DNA of 58,109 nucleotides, filler included, from Perkinsus olseni (Eukaryota): NCBI GenBank assembly GCA_013115125.1. It is 2 parts of 2 records of this genome, joined end to end, with 100 filler letters (N's around TTAATTAATTAA, not from the genome) between each part and the next. Parts side by side here need not be neighbours in the genome. Positions count along the whole stretch, not along the records: positions 29,106 to 58,109 come from JABANN010000436.1; 1 more part is not named here. One strand, 5' to 3'. Shown piece by piece: positions 50,101 to 58,109 of this stretch (position 1 is its first letter; each line of letters starts with the position of its first letter). The notes under the pieces were generated by a model. It saw only the letters and a program-made list of their open reading frames with translations, ran no database searches and was not told where the DNA came from. The position numbers and the translations under genes were made by a program.

Positions 50101-51025
50101 AGGAGGAGCCGGAGCCCGGCCTACTAGATGCAGCCAACCATCCTAGCAAGCTGCCAGTATTGGTAGTGTCGACTCTGAACTCTTCCCGCGTGCCTCCCCA
50201 GGCAAAGTTTAGGAAGGCCACTGGCTCATCGTTATTGAGCGGAATGACCTGTATCTTCCACAGTCTAACGCCCCAGCGTCGAGGATAGGACCAGAACTGT
50301 TTCTGAAGAGAAACCTGGCTCACATAAGAAATTTCTCAGCCACAAGATACGCTCTCTACGTGCTGGCGTGATGGCAGATAACCGGAGATTCCCATAGCAA
50401 TGCCTTCTTGAACACCCAAGCCTCTCACTGGTACGATAAAGACTCTCCATAGAGTTGGTCCCACCTCGGCCTCGGTGTCTCCTAAAGTGGCGCTATACTT
50501 GCTCTTATGTGCCTCATAAGCTTGCTGGAAGCGTTCTCGGCTGATGCAAATGTTGTCATCACCAGCAACGTCCTCGCCCTCACCAGCCCCCGGACTCTGA
50601 GAACAGCACTTTGCCAAGGTGCAGATGACCGCTGGGCGCGCCGAGGCGGTCGCTCATACCCCGCCTTGTTCTAGGTCGGCCTGCTCAGCATCTTCTGCAT
50701 CGCCCTCGAGCTCGGCCTGCTGCTTCTGCCGCTCCTCCTCATCCTGGCACACAGTCCGACTATTCGTTAGTCGAGGGATCGGTCAAGTGTTAGCGATTGG
50801 AGCAGCATCGGTGGACCTTCTCTCTCTGTTCTTCCTCCTTCTTGCGTCTCTCTTCCTCCTTCTTAGCATTTTCCTTATCTTCCTGTGAGTCACCCCCCAC
50901 AAGATTCTTCACCGCGGCGAGTCCTGCTGCTGCGGCGAACATGGCGATGATCAACGACTGCGTGGAGACGCTGGTCACTGGACTTCAACGACTGCGCTTC
51001 GGCTAGAGCGAATTGCTAGCTGTCA

Positions 51026-51056
<31 letters not shown>

Positions 51057-51941
51057 AGCCTTTGGATCTAGTAGTAGCAGTCAGGGCAGTATACACCTTC
51101 TGCCTCCTAGTAACAGAGAGTGGCTCGCCGAGCATAGCTCGGCATACTCATAGCTGCGGAGCCCCTCGAACACTTTTGCTTCGGAAGCGTGGCCCCGGGA
51201 GAGCAAGCCGAGACCCTTGGGACATTTCCTCCATGAGCGAGATCGCGCTATTGACATCGAGCAACTTCAAAAGCGGCGTGTTCCTGCGATCGATCCGTGC
51301 ATCTACAAGAGGTAGCCAAGGTCGGGCGTGCTAGGGACCCTCCGAGCTCCTCAGTTTGTTCCGCACACGATGGAGGCTTGCTCGTACCCTACGCTTATTT
51401 AAAGCGAAATCGGTAGAGTTCGAGGTCTCGGATGGAACTGTATCAGAAGTTGTTCGACGCTCGCTGAGTTCGTACTCGAGACGACGGTCACCATCATCAC
51501 TAATGCCCGGGCGGCAGACTATGAACACAACTCCCCTGCTGCATCTGTGTGTGTAACATGTTGGTAAAGGGGCCTGTATCATGACACTGTGTCATCAGCC
51601 GACAGCCATTGCAGCAGCAACCCCTCGTCTGAGCGCACCGGTTCCGACCAAGTCCGCGAACGGGAAGGAACTCACCTGCGAGCCATCTCTGCAGAAGCAT
51701 AATCCCTTATCATGTCCAGCCAGGAGTTGCCACCATCGCTTGTGAATATACCTGCCCAAGGGCCCCACTCCATCGACTGGCCAAGCCCGTCTGGAATACA
51801 CAACGCCCGGGACCCAGCTGAAACACGCCTCTGCCTCGCTTCATCTATCACCAACCCAGCCTATTGACTACAGAGGGATTCAACAACCCTGTGAGGAGCC
51901 GACCACGGCACAACGACGCTCATCCAGTTTTTCAACAACAT
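44100..51941 (-). CDS. Large multi-C2 / CEP76-CC2D2A-like protein (many exons; 5' end uncertain)
   Basis: CEP76-type motifs: VYFWVRCFPY, KGDSLARALLHCSLLLG, AFVCIGT...YWVMT...DGSVTFWD, PYRTIEVVFN...WANLQ...YDL...WHPF, FTVAVHIDRMP. C2-like exons lie upstream (FEWRGSYLDLERENLKIELWQW; LLVRVIKVDKI...DTYVQV). Confidence 0.72.
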
Positions 51942-51979
51942 GCTGTCCCAACTCACCCCACGAGGTCCCCCCTGCCCTC

Positions 51980-54027
51980 GTTAGTCTCCACCATCGCTGA
52001 ATGACTCGGGACGCCAGATCCATCCGATTGATCCTGATCGTGATGGAACCTCAGTGGCGCTCCTCCGGCCGGCCACCTACGTAATCCTCTCATTCCTGAA
52101 GCACATGACCTGCACTGTTATGCGCGTGAACGGAGTGGTCCTCGGGTCGAGGCCATTGAGGAGGACGCCATCTCGCGTCAGCCCCCACTCGTTGACAGGA
52201 TACCGTAACTGAGGCAGAATTATAGGGCGCCGCGCTGACTGCTACCAATGAGCGTACGATTGCGGTATCCGCTTCCTCCACCCGCGAGACCATGGTGTAG
52301 CCAGACCAGGCGGAATCAGGATGCCTCGGCGAGAGGCATCGGGCTGCGTACTCATCGGTACGCCTGTTGAAGCACTCAACCTCATGCTCTCGCAGTCTCC
52401 GTCGCCACACGGCGGTACGGATACTGAGAGCAAGCGCAATGAGTAACGACCAACACGGCTGCCACAATGGTGATTGCGACGAGAGTTCCCCCCCCCCAGG
52501 CCGAAATGAGGCGACCAATGTGAAGCCAGAGCCCTTTCGAAGGTACTACCTAGTCTGCAGGGCCAAGGCTGCTTGATGCCGAGCCTCCTTCGCAACCCGC
52601 CGTCCACGCCAATACAGCTGTATCGTCTTGGTCGCTCGCTTCCTCTTCAGTCGCTGCTTCCAGATGAACCTCTTCCAAGTCCTCTGCACTCTCATAACCA
52701 TCATCCTCTCCCACAGGAACTTCCGTCTCTGCTTGTTTCCCTTGTAGATAGCCTGTATAAACGTCATCGCGTCAATGACTCTACTCTCCAGGAGTATGGC
52801 CTCCTTCAGCTCTTCCACTTCTCGTCTCGCCAAAGCCCCTCGCCAGCGCGCCTGCAGGCTGAGAATGAGGTCCCGCTGCCTCACGGTCTCCTTCCTCGCC
52901 TGATTGCCCCGCCATACGCTCTGGATGATGGTGCTAGCCCTCTCGTGCCTTGCTCTCGTCCTGACTTCACATCGTTTGAAGGCTCGCCAAGCCCACTGTA
53001 TCCTGAGTGCCGCAGCTGTCTCCGCCCTGCGACGCTCGATGAACCTCTTCCACGCTCGCTGCACTTTCATAACCATCATCTTCTCGTACAGAAAAGTCTG
53101 CCTTTGGCGATTCCCCTTAAAAATTGCCTGAAGGAACGTCGCCGCATGCAAGACTTTGTTGTCGTGTGCAATAGTCTCCCTCAAGTCCTTCGCTCTCCTC
53201 CGCGCCAAAGTGCCTCTCCGGCGAGCCTGTAATTGCACTATCAGCTCCCTCTGCCTATCAGTCTCCCTCCGAGCGATGTTCCCTCGCCTCACGCTCTGCA
53301 CCACCGTGGCCGCTCTATTCTCTCGTGCCCGCTTCCACTTCCTGCGGTTCAGAGTCCGCCAATACAGCTGGATGTACTGAGCGCACATCTGTTCCTGCAG
53401 TTTCCGACGGCTGACGAACTGCTTCCAAACTCGGCCAACCTTCGCCGCGGCAATCCCCTCTACCAGAGTCCTCCGCTTCTTCTCGTTCCTTTTGTATACA
53501 GCTTGAATGAACGTAGCTGCCCTCAGCTCGGCTTCCCGCCCGGCGATTTCCTGTCGTAGCGCCCGGACTCTCCGACGGGCCACCCGACCCCGCCACAACG
53601 CCTGTACCCGGGACACGAGGGCCGCATGCTTCGCAAGTTCTTCCTGCAACACCACCCTGCGACGCTCTAGCTCTTCCCTCCAGAACCTTTGCAGTTTCAC
53701 AGCCGCTTCGTTGGCTCTCCTCGCCTCAATAAACGTCTTCAAGACTCGCTGCGCAGGCAGTGCCTTCCACCACGACGCCAGTCGGGTTGCCGCTCGATCC
53801 CGAGTGGGCCTCCGTACGCGCTGACGGTGCTCAATCCAGTGCTTCTCAATCAGTCTTGCCGCAGGCACACCCGCCACGACCCTGTCCAGATCTTCTCTCA
53901 GCTTAGTGAGCTCTTCGAGTTTTTGATAGACGGTAACTCGCCATTTCTTATACGCATCGTCATCGCCGAAGTCCTCCCAAGACAGACAAGCATCCATAAA
54001 CATCATTGCCTCACTGACACTAGCCAC
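51980..54027 (-). CDS. IQ calmodulin-binding repeat protein (ASPM-like repeats)
   Basis: 493-aa exon with >12 IQxxxRGxxxR-type motifs and a ~124-aa higher-order duplication. Short 3' exons run to ~51980; ends approximate. Confidence 0.8.
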
Positions 54028-54204
54028 TCTCCATTAATTGACCGAACGAATGGCCATCGGGCGGCTACAGCTGAATGTGATTCTTCATCATTACAGCATG
54101 CAGAGTAACACGGTTGAAACGAACAACAGCAGCAACACCACTGGCAGTGATGCAGTAACTCCCCTTTTCCTTCCGGGAAATGCCGAATGGCCCTAGACCA
54201 TGAT

Positions 54205-56047
54205 CTAATCATGATCCACTTCCCCGAATGGCCGAATGGCCCTCGCCACCATCTTTATTTCCCATATCCGGCTTCGCCGCTATATCAGTCGAACCTGTAG
54301 AAAACCTCATTCGACGAATGAGCGCAACCTTCCTGCTCTCAGCAGCCCCTTCTGCACTTACCGTACAGTACAACCGAGCCAGTCTCACGAGAAGGCCGCT
54401 TCTTCTTTAATGGCATCACAATGGCCAAACACGACCCCAACACCGCACAAAACGTCGGGACGGCTGATGGAAGCAGGACTGGAGATTCCAGAGCGCCGAT
54501 TTAGTACCCAATAGACCCCAGGTAGCGGCAGTGATGCTGTTGACCAGACCACTCAGCACTTGGCAGTGGTGAACTTCGCCCGGCAACCTCTTGACAAATT
54601 CGAATGATTGAATAGCCTCCTTCAGGCTTTGTGGCCAATCCCATGCTCGAAACGCATCCACCGGGCTAATTCGATTAACCGCCGCCGGAGGCACAGGCCT
54701 AGCGTTAGACAAGGACCTTCGGACGGCAGTACTACCTCCCTACTACCGGCCCATCCAATACGTTCCCACCCCTAGAAGGACGTAAGAACACCTACGAAGG
54801 GGGCGATCCTACCAAGGCCATACATGAAGACAGAAAACCATACCATTGAGAGAATGTGATGAACATCTCGGTTCACACGAAGCAAGCAAGCTCTCCACTA
54901 CTACATAATGGCCAGAATCTCGAGTATGAAAGCTCCTCGGAACGTCATTCGCCTACTCCACGCAGACACGAGGCTGGTAACTAACGACAACGAGGCTGGT
55001 AACCAACGGCAACGAGGCTGGTAACTAACGAGGAGGCGAGACACGTCCCACATCCCTTGACGACCCGGGAGGGAAACAGCCCTCCCATCCCATATCCACC
55101 GATAATATCCGCCACACTACCTGGCCAGCCTAGAGTGAGCGCTGCCACGAGCCATCCGCGATAAGGCCTAGTGCAGTGCTCACGACCTCCACTCCATATT
55201 ACAGCACCAAGGGCAGCAACGTCGACCATCGTTGCAAAGGCGATGAGAACAGCGATGGCGGTTGGATAGGGGAGGGATGGAACCGTCGTTGGCCCTGCTG
55301 TACGCTGGCGACAGGAGGACATGGTTGTGAAGGACTTCACAAATCGCAATGGAAACCTGCAAAGAATCCAGCCATCCGCCGAGAAGTAACCCAACAGTAA
55401 TAATAGAAAATTTATCGCTTAGGCAATGATGAAGGCAACCAGCATCGCCGGCCTTCCTCGCATGATCGTACTGGTTACCATCATCCCTCCGAGATAGCGT
55501 CGACGATGATGAAGGGACCAACTCCTAGCCAACGCCGACGCCCAGGAGTTAATGGTGACCAGTGGAAGGCAGCATCCATGGGTACAAGATAGTAATGGTA
55601 CGAAAGAGTTCACGTCATCTCCCAATCCTCAGGATCATTCAACATAAAAGATACTCCTCCCTGCAGCAGCAGTCAAGCGGCCCGACCATTTTGATAGTAC
55701 CCGACGACTGGGCTAGATGCCACCGTAGAGGCCATACCGATGGAGACGTCATCTCTTATCATGCAGCAGCAGCCATCACAGTTACCCGGGGATGGGCAAG
55801 CCTTGGCCTGAGCAATCGCCCGTTGCATCAACAGGCTCGGCCCGGGCTCAGGACGCCATGTGAATCTCCTCGACGACGACTCCCCTCGAAGACCATCGGA
55901 AAGACAACCATTGACGCTGTTAGTGCTGCTGCTGTTGCCTCGTCGCACAAGAGCGGGGAAACAGGAAAAGCATGTCGCCTTCATCGATGAGGAGGTGCTG
56001 GTGGTGGTACTAGCAGGAACGGTCATGCTGGTGGTGGTAATCATCAA
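54205..56047 (-). CDS. Spliced multi-pass membrane protein, unknown function
   Basis: Ser/Thr-rich N-terminal exon, hydrophobic exons (AIAVLIAFATMVDVAALGAVIWSGGREHCTRPYRGWLVAAL), canonical splice sites. Confidence 0.5.
54968..55030. repeat. 22-bp minisatellite, ~3 copies (intronic)
   Basis: ACGAGGCTGGTAAC(T/C)AACG(A/G)CA starting at 54968, 54990 and 55012. Confidence 0.9.
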
Positions 56048-56349
56048 TGGCAGTCAAGCCAACCCAGCTGCCCAGGAAAAACTGTGAGAACAAAAAATAA
56101 TGGAATTGACAATACCAACACAATAACTGTACCTAGTCACGGAATGACGAGGAGCATAGTCAAATGACGGGCTTCCAGTGCCCAGCGATGATTGAAATCG
56201 ATCAGCAGGGCGCACGCTAAAAACGCTATGATTGAGCGCAAGATGGTTTTGCGGCGTTATGTTATTAACTCCGAATTGAATGAGGCTGCACAACTAGGGC
56301 AAACCCTACCGAGATCTGCTTGCGCGGGTCGTGTGAACCTCACGCTGTT

Positions 56350-56386
56350 AAGGGCCTTAACTTAAGGGCCTTAAGTTAAGGCCCTT
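56350..56386. repeat. Perfect palindrome, 18-bp arms, 1-nt spacer
   Basis: AAGGGCCTTAACTTAAGG-G-CCTTAAGTTAAGGCCCTT. Confidence 0.95.
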
Positions 56387-56604
56387 TAGAAGGGCTATAA
56401 ACTTTTGAGCTTGTAATGCCAGGCAATAACGTTTGCCTTGAATTGATCATGGTGTCGTGCTCGGTGTTCTCCCCATCAACTTCAACTCCCTTCGCTGCCA
56501 CTAATTCGCTCGCCCCGGCTACTTTTTTGCTCCGCCTGGCCACAAATGCGCTCTTTCTGGCCACTGACGTTTTGCGCCCTCTCCTACACGCTGTTCCCCT
56601 TCCC

Positions 56605-56963
56605 AGCTCCAATCCGAGGTCGAACAAGCAGAGCTGAGCTCAGGTTTGTCAATGGGTTTATGTCCACGTTAGAACCTAGCGAGTTGGCCCATACCGCACT
56701 GTCTCCGAAACTCGTCGTGGGCGCAGAGGGCTAGAGGTGAGAGATTCGGAGGACCGTGCCAGCACTGGAGTCCATGGCCAGCGAGTGCGGGGGTCCGAGC
56801 TCCAATTCGAGGTCGAACAAGCAGAGCTGAGCTTAGGTTTGTCAATGAATTTATGTCCACGTTAGAACCTAGCGAGTTGGCGGCCAACTGTTGGCCCATA
56901 CCACACTGTCTCCGAAACTCGTCGTGGGCGCAGAGGGGTAGAGGTGTGAGATTCGGAGGACCG
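56605..56963. repeat. Tandem duplication, 193-bp offset
   Basis: 56605-56756 vs 56798-56963, near-identical apart from a few substitutions and a 14-bp insert in copy 2. Confidence 0.92.
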
Positions 56964-57960
56964 CGTTCAGAACCTCCCTCCCGACCCTTTTGTAACGCAA
57001 CTGGCCCTAGAGTACAAGGCATCACATACTGCATGCAAATAGTCCTATTGATGACGCTGCAATCCGTGCTTGTGCGTTGTCTGGTAGTTTATCCTTGGTC
57101 GTTTTCTGAGTCGTTCAGATCTGCGCTGTCCTGACCTGAGATTCTTAGGTCAGGACAGCTCTCCCTTGCTCTTTCTCAGGCTGAGAAAGAGCACGTCGAC
57201 AATCGCGAAGTGAAAAGATAGAACGAACGACTCTTGCGACGGATGTTCCTAGCGAGCTCACCTGGGCAAGTGCCATTTTGCACCTCACCTACGGGTTCAT
57301 CCACGTGCCACATTGAAATCCATCGCTTTTTGGATCGATGATCCATGAATAGGCTCCCTTCAGTGTGGGTGTCGACTCGAGCCGTAACTCGAGGCCCTGA
57401 AGTCAGAGTACTGCCCTGAAACTCGGTTTATCGCAGCAGGTGGTGAGCAGGGATAGCGAAGAGGAGAAGGTATGTGAGAGTGGCTTACTCCCCTTATAGA
57501 TACGATACGCTGGACGATTGCAACTTGTGGGTTTACCTCACACTGAGAAGCCCCGACACAGGACTCCTCAAAGAAGTTGATGTAACATTTTCTAAGCAAA
57601 TCCGATCCTGTAACGTGCGCAATCTCGCCGCTGTGGTCCACAAGTTCGAATTTCGAAATTGTCATTCGAAAGAACGCTCAGACTTAGTTCGACCATCGGC
57701 GAGATTCACCTAGTGATGAGGGCAGGACTGACACCGGAGAAGGGATTCCCAACTAGCTTTTCAAAAGCTAATCTCTTCAACGTCCGTGCACGAGCGAAGC
57801 CCCCGTTATCATTGCTGCAAAGAGGAACGAGCTGTGCCCGAAGCGAAGAGAATACCAGTTCGTGAGTGCTTCCCGCGTTGAATTCAAGATGAGCGGGTTG
57901 CACTTTTCCTCCCCGACCTGAAACAGCTCGATATTATCGAGCAGCTGCCTGGAAAGAAGC

Positions 57961-58109
<149 letters not shown>

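Noticed and set aside
52573-53232. 219-aa plus-strand ORF and similar antisense ORFs (8239-8835, 26547-26930, 32214-32852)
   Set aside because: Shadows of opposite-strand coding frames.
56605-56963. LTR pair or CRISPR-like repeat
   Set aside because: Two adjacent copies only; no TG...CA ends, PBS or spacer array.

Overview
Eukaryotic genomic DNA. The compact, intron-dense genes with ~50-bp GT-AG introns and the gene families suggest an alveolate, probably Perkinsus (inference). Layout: (1) 1-9.4 kb is transposon-like and decayed, with two PIF/Harbinger-type MITEs, broken ORFs and perfect palindromes. (2) 9.7-23 kb holds two + strand spliced genes missed by the ORF track: a RimK-like ATP-grasp ligase and USP7. 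(3) 23-56 kb holds NOT2, an intronless TIR/HET-like membrane protein, a GNAT fragment, an artificial N/TTAATTAATTAA join, three tandem aldo-keto reductases (one a pseudogene), two tandem TM-RING E3 ligases, a Cid1/Trf4-type nucleotidyltransferase, a large C2/CEP76-like gene with a SPRY/NHR tail, an IQ-repeat protein and a membrane protein. (4) The end is repeats and a poly-G artefact. Main discovery: many USP7 introns are built from different tRNA-gene 3' fragments (T-loop, exactly 13 nt, oligo-T terminator) in either orientation, and the tRNA sequence supplies the GT donor, the AG acceptor or the polypyrimidine tract. Introns of the same two genes carry a recurring motif set and ~11-bp phased A/T tracts, suggesting a chromatin-barrier or anti-silencing domain beside the transposon block. 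Second pattern: many palindromes have exactly a 1-nt spacer, and one is present in only one copy of a tandem duplication. All gene models were spliced by eye; 5' ends are approximate.
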